The notes: generated by a model from the letters alone, not told the origin. Shown: positions 1-7,699, counted from the first letter of the stretch. The stretch: 11,570 bases of DNA from Candidatus Auribacterota bacterium (GCA_023136205.1 JAGLRQ010000050.1:1-11570); one strand, 5' to 3'. Numbers and translations: made by a program.

Positions 1-872
1 AGAATACGAACCGCGTGTAAACGGACAATATCATTTCCAGGCGCTTTGTCCGGGCCGGGCCAGGATACCTCGCCGCCGCCCGAACGTACCGACGTCAGGT
101 ATTGCTGGACAACATCAGCGGATTTTCCATCTGCTATTATCCTTCCTTTCTCAAGAAGAATAGCCCGCTGACAGAGATTAACGACACTCGGCATATTATG
201 GCTTACAAACAAAACCGTCCTTCCTTCCTTTGCCACATCACTCATCTTTCCCAAACATTTTTTCTGAAATTCGACATCCCCCACTGCCAGTACCTCATCT
301 ACAAGTAAAATTTCCGGCTCCAAATGAGCGGCGACAGAAAAAGCCAAACGCAAATACATGCCGCTGGAATAAAACTTAACAGGGGTATCAATAAATTTTC
401 CTACCTCTGAAAAAGCAACAATCTCATCAAATTTGCTGATCATTTCCCTTTTTCTCATACCTAAAATCGCGCCGTTTAGAAATATATTTTCCCTGCCGGT
501 AAGCTCGGGATGAAAACCCGTTCCCACTTCAAGAAGAGATCCAATCCTTCCGTAAATCCTTCCCCATCCTTCTGTTGGTTCGGTAATACGGGAAAGGACC
601 TTCAACAATGTACTTTTTCCGGCTCCATTATGGCCGATAATACCAACAATTTCACCGCGGCCTACCTCAAAGGAGACTCCTTTTAATGCCCAGATTACCT
701 CATCCATCTCTGCCGCGCCATATGCTTCTCCGCGCAGTAATTTTGCAAACCGCCGAAACGGCGACTGTATCGCGCCTGTTAATGTTTCTCTAAGCGTTTT
801 ATAAGAAGCCTGCCGCGCGCCTATATTATACCGTTTGCCTAAATTATTAACTTTAATAACAATATTACTCAT
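1..872 (-). CDS. wzt: ABC transporter ATP-binding protein of the Wzt/TagH/KpsT polysaccharide-exporter type. The 5' end is complete and the 3' end runs off the left edge (290 codons visible).
   Basis: This ORF is absent from the supplied track because it has no stop in the window. My minus-strand translation from ATG 872-870 stays open to position 3: MSNIVIKVNNLGKRYNIGARQASYKTLRE... It shows Walker A GHNGAGKST (nt 609-635), Q-loop region LLEVGTGFHPELTGREN, ABC signature YSSGM, Walker B EILLVDE and H-loop LFVSHNM. The start lies 3 nt after the wzm stop. Residues after about aa 259 (nt 1-95) continue beyond the nucleotide-binding domain. Confidence 0.93.
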   Translation of the reverse strand, partial: MSNIVIKVNNLGKRYNIGARQASYKTLRETLTGAIQSPFRRFAKLLRGEAYGAAEMDEVIWALKGVSFEVGRGEIVGIIGHNGAGKSTLLKVLSRITEPTEGWGRIYGRIGSLLEVGTGFHPELTGRENIFLNGAILGMRKREMISKFDEIVAFSEVGKFIDTPVKFYSSGMYLRLAFSVAAHLEPEILLVDEVLAVGDVEFQKKCLGKMSDVAKEGRTVLFVSHNMPSVVNLCQRAILLEKGRIIADGKSADVVQQYLTSVRSGGGEVSWPGPDKAPGNDIVRLHAVRI

Positions 873-875
873 AAA

Positions 876-1721
876 TCACACCACATCCGCAAAACTTTTT
901 TCCATCCGTCGAAAATAAAAGACACCGCTAACCAACAATGTAATAGATACAAATGCTGAAACAAAAATAATAGGCCCCGGAGCCGTATTGGTACCGAGAA
1001 GCGCCCAGCGGAATCCCTCAATAACCCCGGCCATCGGATTAATTCCATAAAGAGTGCGCCAGGGTTCTGAAAGAAGACTGCTGGGGTACGCTATGGGTGT
1101 AGCAAACAACCAGGCCTGTATCAGAAAGGGGACAGCAAAACGCACATCACGAAACTGCACATTCATCGCTGTAAGCCACATACCGGCACCTAAACAGGTT
1201 GTTAACGCCAGCAGTAACAAAAATGGCAGCCAAATCACATTGGCAGTCGGCGTAATACCATAAAACAACATCATCCCCAACAACACAAAGAAAGCCAGGA
1301 TAAAGTCAACTGCTCCCGAAATTATTGCTGAAATAGGCAATACCATACGTGGAAAATAAACTTTTCTAACCAGATTGGCACTTGATACCAGCGTGTTTGA
1401 GGACTGCATCAAACCGTTAGCAAAAAAAACCCATGGCACAAGAGCAGCATAACTGAAAATCGGGTAAGGAATACCATCAGACGGAATTTTCGCTAACCGC
1501 CCAAAAAATAAACTAAAAATCACCATTGTGAAAAAAGGTTGTATAATAGCCCAGGCCGCGCCCAAGACCGTCTGTTTATAACGTACCTTTATATTACGCC
1601 AGGTTAGAAAATAAAGAAGCTCGCGGTATCTCCAAACCTCACCCAAATTAATAGACCGCCAACCGTGTGAGGGTTGGATTTCAAGGAACTCTTCTTCATT
1701 CTTCGGCTGGCTGATACTCAT
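876..1721 (-). CDS. wzm: ABC-2 type polysaccharide/teichoic-acid export permease (Wzm/TagG-like)
   Basis: The 281-aa ORF starts at ATG 1721-1719. A cytoplasmic N-terminus (WRYRELLYFLTWRNIKVRYKQTVLGAAWAIIQP, typical ABC-2 permease opening) is followed by about 6 hydrophobic spans. It sits directly upstream of the ATPase gene, separated by a 3-nt gap. Confidence 0.9.
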   Translation of the reverse strand: MSISQPKNEEEFLEIQPSHGWRSINLGEVWRYRELLYFLTWRNIKVRYKQTVLGAAWAIIQPFFTMVIFSLFFGRLAKIPSDGIPYPIFSYAALVPWVFFANGLMQSSNTLVSSANLVRKVYFPRMVLPISAIISGAVDFILAFFVLLGMMLFYGITPTANVIWLPFLLLLALTTCLGAGMWLTAMNVQFRDVRFAVPFLIQAWLFATPIAYPSSLLSEPWRTLYGINPMAGVIEGFRWALLGTNTAPGPIIFVSAFVSITLLVSGVFYFRRMEKSFADVV

Positions 1722-1723
1722 TT

Positions 1724-2446
1724 CTAAAATGTTGCCCTTTTCTTCCTTTTAAGCTTTCTCACCTCTCTCCAGACTCTAAAAAGCTCTTTCAATGTACGCG
1801 GTATATATTTCAGTGAAACAGTGGATTTTCCGGCGGTGCGGGGAAAGTGAGGAACACCTACCTCTATCATGTTGTACCCGTAATAATGCGCTTTTACAAG
1901 AATTTCAGTATTCACAAAAAATTTCTTTGATGTAATATTTATTTTTTCAAAAATCTTCTTGTCAAAAATTTTAAACGCGCAATCAATATCTTTTACATTA
2001 AGGTCAAATACGAATCCGACCAGGGTATTATATCCCCATGATAAAAACCTTCTTAAGAAAGCATCTTTCCTTTTAAGCCTGTATCCTATGATAAGGTCTA
2101 CAACCCCCGTCTTAATAAGCGGAAACATTATATCCAAACTTGAAATATCAAACTGCCTGTCACAATCTGTAAAAAACAGGTACTCATACCGCGCGGCATC
2201 AAACCCATCTTTCAATGATTTGCCATACCCTTCATTTTTCGGATGGCTAATAACCCTCACCTGCTTATATTTATTTTCCAATCTATTAGCAAGTTTTCCG
2301 GTCATATCGGAAGAACCATCATCCACAACTATAACTTCATATTTTTCTTTTTTCTCTTTAAAATACCCCACTATATCACCAACAGCATGGCCGATATTCT
2401 CTTCTTCGTTATAAGCAGGCAAAACTATAGATATTCCTCTGTCCAT
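1724..2446 (-). CDS. Family 2 (GT-A) glycosyltransferase, Dpm1/GtrB-type catalytic domain, soluble (no TM helix)
   Basis: Motifs seen: ISIVLPAYNEEENI, VIVVDDGSSD, DxD-like TDCD and DIDCAFKIF. The longest ORF in the track starts at TTG 2458. The ATG at 2446 has GGAG 6 nt upstream (TTGGAGAAATATATG), so I call 2446. The stop at 1724 lies 2 nt before the wzm start. Confidence 0.88.
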   Translation of the reverse strand: MDRGISIVLPAYNEEENIGHAVGDIVGYFKEKKEKYEVIVVDDGSSDMTGKLANRLENKYKQVRVISHPKNEGYGKSLKDGFDAARYEYLFFTDCDRQFDISSLDIMFPLIKTGVVDLIIGYRLKRKDAFLRRFLSWGYNTLVGFVFDLNVKDIDCAFKIFDKKIFEKINITSKKFFVNTEILVKAHYYGYNMIEVGVPHFPRTAGKSTVSLKYIPRTLKELFRVWREVRKLKRKKRATF

Positions 2447-2579
2447 ATATTTCTCCAATCTAAAAACAGTATTGAGTATTGAGTATTGCGTTAAAAAACT
2501 AAAAACAAATAATACAACACTGATTTTTTTATCTTTTATTTGTGTAAATTCGTACTATCTGTGGTTACTTTCTCTTTTT
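2447..2579 (-). promoter_or_regulatory. Only sizeable intergenic gap inside the operon. It is a candidate internal promoter/attenuator region for the GT2-wzm-wzt sub-operon.
   Basis: The spacer is very AT-rich and holds the heptamer triplet. Each coding-strand copy contains AATACT (4/6 match to TATAAT). An AT-rich inverted repeat ACAAATAA/TTATTTGT (arms 2505-2512 and 2536-2543, 23-nt loop) is followed on the minus strand by TTTTTAGTTTTTT. No strong -35/-10 pair or GC-rich terminator stem is visible. Confidence 0.3.
2468..2488. repeat. Three perfect tandem copies of the heptamer AGTATTG (CAATACT on the coding strand)
   Basis: Read directly: agtattg at 2468-2474, 2475-2481 and 2482-2488. The repeat ends 11 nt upstream of the GGAG Shine-Dalgarno of the GT2 gene. 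Confidence 0.95.
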
Positions 2580-3518
2580 TTATTTCCTGTCCTTTGACAT
2601 ATATTTTATCATAAACGGCAAACCGCAAAGGGCGGGAATGATATACCTCACGGTACACATCAAGCCAACGGCCGCCATTAAATAATCCGGGTAACCATAC
2701 CAGCCAAAAAGAACTATTAACGCTTTATCTCTTGTTCCGATACCGGCAAAAGCAATTGGAATCAGGCCTATAAAAATTGCTATCGGAACCAGCGCGAAGG
2801 TTAGAACAATTTCAGCATCGTTCGAAAAAGCTTTAAAAAAACAAAATATCTGAAATACCTGTATAAACCAGGAAGCTGCCGAAAGAATTGCCGCGAGAAC
2901 CAGCTTAGCCGGATTCTTTTTCATGTTTTCCAGAAAGTTCTGGACTTCCAAAAATACTTTGTCCAGAGCCGCGAACCTCTTTAAAAACTTAAATCTTTTA
3001 AAATCAAAAAAATAAATAAGGGACGGCAAAAACAAAAAAACCAGCCCGACAGCAACAATTGTATGTTTTATTTGTGGAGTAAAATTACTATCAGGGGGAA
3101 GCAATGCTAACCCTGTCAGCATAACCACGCTCAGTCCCGCGACATCAAATATTTTTTCCGCGACAACACTGCTAAAGCCGGCGGGAAGGCCGATTATCCC
3201 TTCTTTTTTAAGGAAAACCGCTTTGCTCATGTCGCCTATCTTAGAAGGAAGAACAACATTTAATGAATTCCCCGCGAAATAAAGCTTAAGCGATGTCTTA
3301 ATCGGTATCCTGACACTGGTTGAAAGCATTACTAAATACCTGTACGATGTAATTAACGCGGACATAACAAAGATTGACATCCCCAGCCAGAACCAGGCAT
3401 GGTTCATGCCTGAAAAGATGTTTGAAAAGGCATCGATATCTATATCAGAATATATAATATAAAGGATAAACGCGGTTATAAGAAAAGTTATAGCAAGACG
3501 GATTTTCTTCCAAGTCAT
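2580..3518 (-). CDS. Integral membrane protein of the LPG_synthase_TM / UPF0104 family (MprF-type flippase-like domain), stand-alone
   Basis: The 312-aa ORF has about 7-8 hydrophobic spans. The N-terminal pattern ITSYRYLVML...NSLNVVLPSKIGDMSKAVFL matches the family hallmark (R-x-x-x-L followed by P-x-[RK]-x-G-[ED]). ATG 3518-3516 overlaps the upstream stop (ATGA). Confidence 0.8.
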   Translation of the reverse strand: MTWKKIRLAITFLITAFILYIIYSDIDIDAFSNIFSGMNHAWFWLGMSIFVMSALITSYRYLVMLSTSVRIPIKTSLKLYFAGNSLNVVLPSKIGDMSKAVFLKKEGIIGLPAGFSSVVAEKIFDVAGLSVVMLTGLALLPPDSNFTPQIKHTIVAVGLVFLFLPSLIYFFDFKRFKFLKRFAALDKVFLEVQNFLENMKKNPAKLVLAAILSAASWFIQVFQIFCFFKAFSNDAEIVLTFALVPIAIFIGLIPIAFAGIGTRDKALIVLFGWYGYPDYLMAAVGLMCTVRYIIPALCGLPFMIKYMSKDRK

Positions 3519-5113
3519 TTTAGTTTCCTAGTAATTTCAACAACTCTTTCCGAGTTAAGCTTATCAAGATACGGGTTAAGATCAATCCACGGCTTCAGGG
3601 CGCCCGTATTAAAACACTCCGACATCGCGATATAAATCGAGACCTTATCGGTTGAAACATACATTCTCTTAACATTTTCATTGCCCAAAAGAGATATCTT
3701 GTCTCTAATCTCTAAACCATCTTCTCCAAGATGTAATGTCCGATTAAAAGAGACCGGTGCCTTATCCTTCCCAATTATAAGAATTCTCTGCAGCAATTTT
3801 CTTATAAATCTGCTAAAAGCCGGGAGCCACCCCAAAAAAAATAAAATTATCCTTAAAAGAGCCTGTTTTGCGGGAGTGGCAAGCTGTCTCTTATAATAAA
3901 ACAGTTCTTTTTCAATCCCAATAACGTCTCCCCTAACCTGGCCTTGAAAACTGTTTTCGGTATCTATTCTGTTTGTCACACAAACTTTTCCCGAATCAAG
4001 TTCGCAAACAATCCCGGTGTCAGTAAAAAGAAGTTTATCGTTCTTAAATAACTTAAAAACTCCTCCCTTGCTGTAGGAACATACAAAATAATAATTCCTT
4101 TTTTTCGCGGCATATAAACAGGAATTAGTAAAATCTTTTTCAATATCGGGCCTTCCCCTTACCGTTATATCCTTATCATTATAATCAAGCCATGCCATCA
4201 AATGGCTGTATGTCATATGTCCGAATATTCTGGAATCCTCAAAATTTGTATCTTTTCCTTCTTTAAGACAACTTAAATATCTTTCTTTAATTTCCAGTGA
4301 TTTTTCACAAACCGAACCGAGCAGTTCAAAACCATGAGGCATAAAAATATAAGTATCTCTGCTGCCGATTTCTCCGCCGCAAGTTCCGTCGGGATAAACA
4401 AAATAATCTAAAAATTCCACGGCTTTTTTCAGGGCTTTTAACAAATCTTCATTTTTTACCTTTTTATAGTACCTCGCGAGAAAATCTATTGTCATAGAAA
4501 GATAGCCGGGATCGCACCCTTCATATTCCTGGAACCAACCCTCTGTGGATTGCCATGAAAGGCATAAATCTATCTTTTCCCCGGCAATATGTTTGTATTT
4601 ATGGACACCGGTAATTTCCCATAATTCATATAACGCCAGAGCGGCAATCGCGTGATGGTTAGAAAGCTTCCCTGACTCCACATTTGAAGCAAGCCAGTTT
4701 CCTCTCCTCTTCAAAAATGTTTCAATTGAATCATCTTTAATGTCCAGGAGCAAATACGATTCTGTAAAAGCATAAAGAGAAAACGAGGCAGCGCCATAAG
4801 CCCTTTCATACGGAAAATAATCGTCACAGGAACCATCCCGATGGGAACTTTTTTCGGCAAATCTTATGCCTGCCAGAATTATCTCTTTAATCTTCTCATT
4901 CCCAAAAAATGGATTATCTCTGAATTCAGTCTTATATACAAGTGCAAGAGGCAAAACAAATTCCTGGCTCATTCCACATGGAAAATCAGCTGTTCTATAA
5001 TGCCAGTACTCTCTGTCAAAGCAGCCGTATGTCGGGCTTGTCATATCAGTATCAACAAGTGTAAGAATCCTCGGAATCTGCTTTAATGCAAGTTTAAGAT
5101 ATAAATCTTTCAT
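3515..5113 (-). CDS. Hypothetical protein, 532 aa. It is predicted cytoplasmic or membrane-associated, possibly an alpha/alpha-toroid plus beta-sandwich polysaccharide-modifying enzyme. The family is not recognised.
   Basis: Long clean ORF with ATG at 5113-5111 and no signal peptide. A G-x-C-(acidic/Gly) motif occurs four times: TYGCFD, DGSCDD, YEGCDP and DGTCGGE. The N-terminal two thirds look helix-rich and the C-terminal third looks beta-rich. A basic-flanked hydrophobic segment ALLRIILFFLGWLPAFSRFIRKLLQR is present. Confidence refers to it being a real CDS, not to its function. Confidence 0.9.
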   Translation of the reverse strand: MKDLYLKLALKQIPRILTLVDTDMTSPTYGCFDREYWHYRTADFPCGMSQEFVLPLALVYKTEFRDNPFFGNEKIKEIILAGIRFAEKSSHRDGSCDDYFPYERAYGAASFSLYAFTESYLLLDIKDDSIETFLKRRGNWLASNVESGKLSNHHAIAALALYELWEITGVHKYKHIAGEKIDLCLSWQSTEGWFQEYEGCDPGYLSMTIDFLARYYKKVKNEDLLKALKKAVEFLDYFVYPDGTCGGEIGSRDTYIFMPHGFELLGSVCEKSLEIKERYLSCLKEGKDTNFEDSRIFGHMTYSHLMAWLDYNDKDITVRGRPDIEKDFTNSCLYAAKKRNYYFVCSYSKGGVFKLFKNDKLLFTDTGIVCELDSGKVCVTNRIDTENSFQGQVRGDVIGIEKELFYYKRQLATPAKQALLRIILFFLGWLPAFSRFIRKLLQRILIIGKDKAPVSFNRTLHLGEDGLEIRDKISLLGNENVKRMYVSTDKVSIYIAMSECFNTGALKPWIDLNPYLDKLNSERVVEITRKLK

Positions 5114-5129
5114 AAGTAAAATACGATTT

Positions 5130-5987
5130 CTATTCCTTGTGCATCATAACTATAAGATCAGCAAGAAGCCCTATCGCGAAAATAAGGACTGCCGTTGAAA
5201 GCAGAATAATATCGGACTCCTGTATTGTATGAGTTATCATAAAATCTAAAATTGATTTAATAACACCCGCGCAAAAAACAATCAATGATAAGGGGAGAAA
5301 AAACCTCAACGGATTAAAATACATTAGTGTCCTTACCACAAGAGAGAAATAATTATAACTATCTCCCAGAGGATGGAACGTGGATTTTCCAACCCTTGGA
5401 TAATAATCTATTGAAACATACCTGACTTTATAACCCCTGGATAACATAACAAGTGTAATAGTGCTAACCCATGAATGTGTCACCGGAAGATACTTTTTAT
5501 ATTTCAATACCAGAGATTTTTTAACAACCCTCAATCCTGAGTTGAGGTCAGGTATCTTTGCTTTCACGAGATAAGACGCAAGCGCTTTTATAAACAACTT
5601 GGCAGATGTCCTTAAAATTTTAAGTGTTCCCTTCTCTTTCTTCCTCGCGCCAACAACCATATCATTCTCTTGCATTTCTTTCAGAAGCCCGGGAATGGCA
5701 TTCGCGGGATAGGTACAGTCACCATCAATCATTACTACCAGCTCCGTGGCTGATTCTTCAACTCCGGTAGTCCTCGCGGCGCCAATCCCGCGATTAACCG
5801 AGTGCCGTACAACACGCGCACCCAAAGATTTCGCTATCTGTCCTGAATTATCTGTTGACCCATCGTCCACAACCAAAATTTCATAACCGTACTGCTGGTT
5901 TTGCATCGCCTTCTTTACATCTTCTATCACCTTAGGCAAGGCGCTTTTTTCATTATAAACCGGTATCAATATTGTTACCTTTTTCAT
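5130..5987 (-). CDS. GtrB/ArnC-like polyprenyl-phosphate glycosyltransferase (GT2 catalytic domain plus two C-terminal TM helices)
   Basis: Motifs seen: VTILIPVYNEK, ILVVDDGSTDNS, DxD IDGDC and PDLNSGLRVV. The C-terminus carries two hydrophobic helices (LRFFLPLSLIVFCAGVIKSIL and IILLSTAVLIFAIGLLADLIVMM). ATG 5987-5985 overlaps the stop of the GT-C gene (ATGA), and GAGGAG lies just upstream. Confidence 0.88.
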   Translation of the reverse strand: MKKVTILIPVYNEKSALPKVIEDVKKAMQNQQYGYEILVVDDGSTDNSGQIAKSLGARVVRHSVNRGIGAARTTGVEESATELVVMIDGDCTYPANAIPGLLKEMQENDMVVGARKKEKGTLKILRTSAKLFIKALASYLVKAKIPDLNSGLRVVKKSLVLKYKKYLPVTHSWVSTITLVMLSRGYKVRYVSIDYYPRVGKSTFHPLGDSYNYFSLVVRTLMYFNPLRFFLPLSLIVFCAGVIKSILDFMITHTIQESDIILLSTAVLIFAIGLLADLIVMMHKE

Positions 5988-7699
5988 CTTCTCCTCTTTA
6001 TTTTTCTCTTTATCAATTTAAATACCTGGATAGTATACCCTGTTTTATCTCTCAAAAAAACCTCATTATCAAGAAAAGGCCCACCGGTAAGAACCTGGCT
6101 ATTCAGTGAATACTTCCTTGTTTTATCTTTATATGGATTAAATTCGGCTATAAGTTCCGAATTAGATTCCAGTTGTTCAAAAAATTCATCGTGTTCACGT
6201 TTTAGCACACTCTTTGTTACCACAACATATTCTATCTCCTCATCAATAAGGAAATTGTAATCAAAAGGTATCTGCGGCCTTGCAAAAAGAAACTCGTTTT
6301 CTCCAGATGGTTTATCTTTAAGAAAAAAAAGTTTGTATCCCCCCTTCTCATCTACTAACGTCTTGAGGGCCTTAATCCTGATTTTTTTTGACTCCGGCAG
6401 ATTTTCTTTTTCGACAATCTTAATCTTTTCTTCAAGCTGGCCTGAATCAGGCATCAGTTTCGGGCCAAAAAAGGTATGGTCCAGCGCTATTTTTGAACTC
6501 TTGGCAATATTAACGTTTATCCAAGCCTTAGCATCCAAACGTGTATCTCCCGCGACAAATATATAGTTTGAGTAAGCTGTCTTAGCAAAGGTGGAAATCG
6601 ATATTATAAAACAAATAACAGCATACCAGAATTTTCTTGTCCTGACATGTGGAACTACACGGGAAACTTTATGAAGTAAATAAGCAGCAAAATAACATAG
6701 TACAGGGATAAGTGGAAGAACATATCTCGCGTGAGGCTGGCTGAAAAAGATTAACACCATATATTCGGTTACAATGTAAAAAAACAGAACCAGAAAAAAT
6801 TTCTTCCTCTCAGTCAACGCTGCTATAATCCCGAAAAACGAACATATAAGCAGCGGCATTGAAAACCCATTTAAAAGCGAATAGAATAAATGATGGAACC
6901 ATTCCTGTGAACCCATTTGAGAAGACTGATCCGCAAAACCGGCAAGAAAAGTTTTAAAATCTATAATTGAAAAAGGATTTAGCAGCACGTAAACACCGAA
7001 TACCACAAGAAATGAGTACAACAACTTTTTATCATCGGCCGACACAATCCCTTTCCTTTCGGAGCTTACGAAATGTGAAACCGCGAAAGGAACCACCAAA
7101 AGCGCGGAGTTATATTTAAAAGCTACTGCTATACCAAGGAACACTCCGGCAAGTATATAATTCTTCAATCGGCAATCCTTTAAAATTTTTATTATGTAAT
7201 ACAAAGATACCAGCATCATGGAAATTCTTGGCATATCAGCATAAATGTAATGGCTGTCCCTGACAAAAAGAAAATTCACGGCAAGGAAAAAGGAAGCCCC
7301 CAGGCCAACATTGTTACTGCCGGAAGCTTCCTTTGAAAGCTTATAAAGTATCCATACGGAAAAAACCGACGGTATAACACCAAGAAAGAAACGCCCGATA
7401 AGGTAAAAGTTCGTTGGGTTGGCAAGAAAAATCGTTCTGAATTCTTCTGCCGAATGAACAATACCAATTAATTTTCCAACGAGAAAAGATATCCCATAAA
7501 TAAAAAACAGTACATAAGAGGTAAGCGGCGGAAGCAAAAACCAGTGCGGATTCAAATCTCCCATCCCGTAAGATAAAGCTTTGTTAACAACTATGGGTTC
7601 ATCAGCATGAAGCATTTCAGGAAGCCCATAATCAAGGCCCCAGATTCTAAGAACAACCGCCAAAAATAGTATGAGTAACAAAAACCCTTTTTTGTCCAT
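5984..7699 (-). CDS. GT-C fold glycosyltransferase, PMT_2 / GT39 / ArnT-like (polyprenyl-phosphate-sugar dependent), with a C-terminal soluble domain of about 188 aa
   Basis: The 571-aa ORF opens with a TM helix, then GLDYGLPEMLHADEP (an acidic DE motif in the first extracytoplasmic loop, typical of PMT_2/ArnT-type enzymes). About 10 or more hydrophobic spans run to about aa 383. A hydrophilic Lys/Glu-rich tail follows. Confidence 0.85.
   Translation of the reverse strand: MDKKGFLLLILFLAVVLRIWGLDYGLPEMLHADEPIVVNKALSYGMGDLNPHWFLLPPLTSYVLFFIYGISFLVGKLIGIVHSAEEFRTIFLANPTNFYLIGRFFLGVIPSVFSVWILYKLSKEASGSNNVGLGASFFLAVNFLFVRDSHYIYADMPRISMMLVSLYYIIKILKDCRLKNYILAGVFLGIAVAFKYNSALLVVPFAVSHFVSSERKGIVSADDKKLLYSFLVVFGVYVLLNPFSIIDFKTFLAGFADQSSQMGSQEWFHHLFYSLLNGFSMPLLICSFFGIIAALTERKKFFLVLFFYIVTEYMVLIFFSQPHARYVLPLIPVLCYFAAYLLHKVSRVVPHVRTRKFWYAVICFIISISTFAKTAYSNYIFVAGDTRLDAKAWINVNIAKSSKIALDHTFFGPKLMPDSGQLEEKIKIVEKENLPESKKIRIKALKTLVDEKGGYKLFFLKDKPSGENEFLFARPQIPFDYNFLIDEEIEYVVVTKSVLKREHDEFFEQLESNSELIAEFNPYKDKTRKYSLNSQVLTGGPFLDNEVFLRDKTGYTIQVFKLIKRKIKRRR

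Noticed and set aside
1-100. GC-rich first 100 nt as a possible island boundary or foreign DNA junction.
   Set aside because: The stretch is in frame with the Wzt ORF and encodes a Gly/Pro/Ala-rich linker (GGC, CCG and GCG codons). That explains the local composition without invoking a junction.
2447-2458. TTG start at 2458 for the downstream GT2 (the longest-ORF call in the track).
   Set aside because: The ATG at 2446 is preceded by GGAG at optimal spacing. That GGAG would lie inside the coding sequence if TTG were used. The extra four residues (MEKY) add nothing to the GT2 fold.
2505-2543. AT-rich inverted repeat followed by a T-run as a bona fide intrinsic terminator feature.
   Set aside because: The stem is only 8 bp and almost entirely A-T, and the loop is 23 nt. 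This is far from a canonical GC-rich terminator, so it is kept only as an observation within the spacer finding.
6323-6389. Homopolymer runs A8 (6323-6330), C6 (6339-6344) and T8 (6382-6389) in the GT-C gene, and A8 at 3834-3841 in the orphan gene, as possible phase-variation tracts.
   Set aside because: The runs are 8 nt or shorter in an AT-rich genome. They simply encode Phe/Lys/Gly codons, and similar A7 runs are scattered through other genes. Nothing suggests a contingency locus without population read data.
7276-7467. 63-aa minus-strand ORF inside the GT-C gene.
   Set aside because: It is out of frame within the 571-aa GT-C coding sequence and has no independent support.
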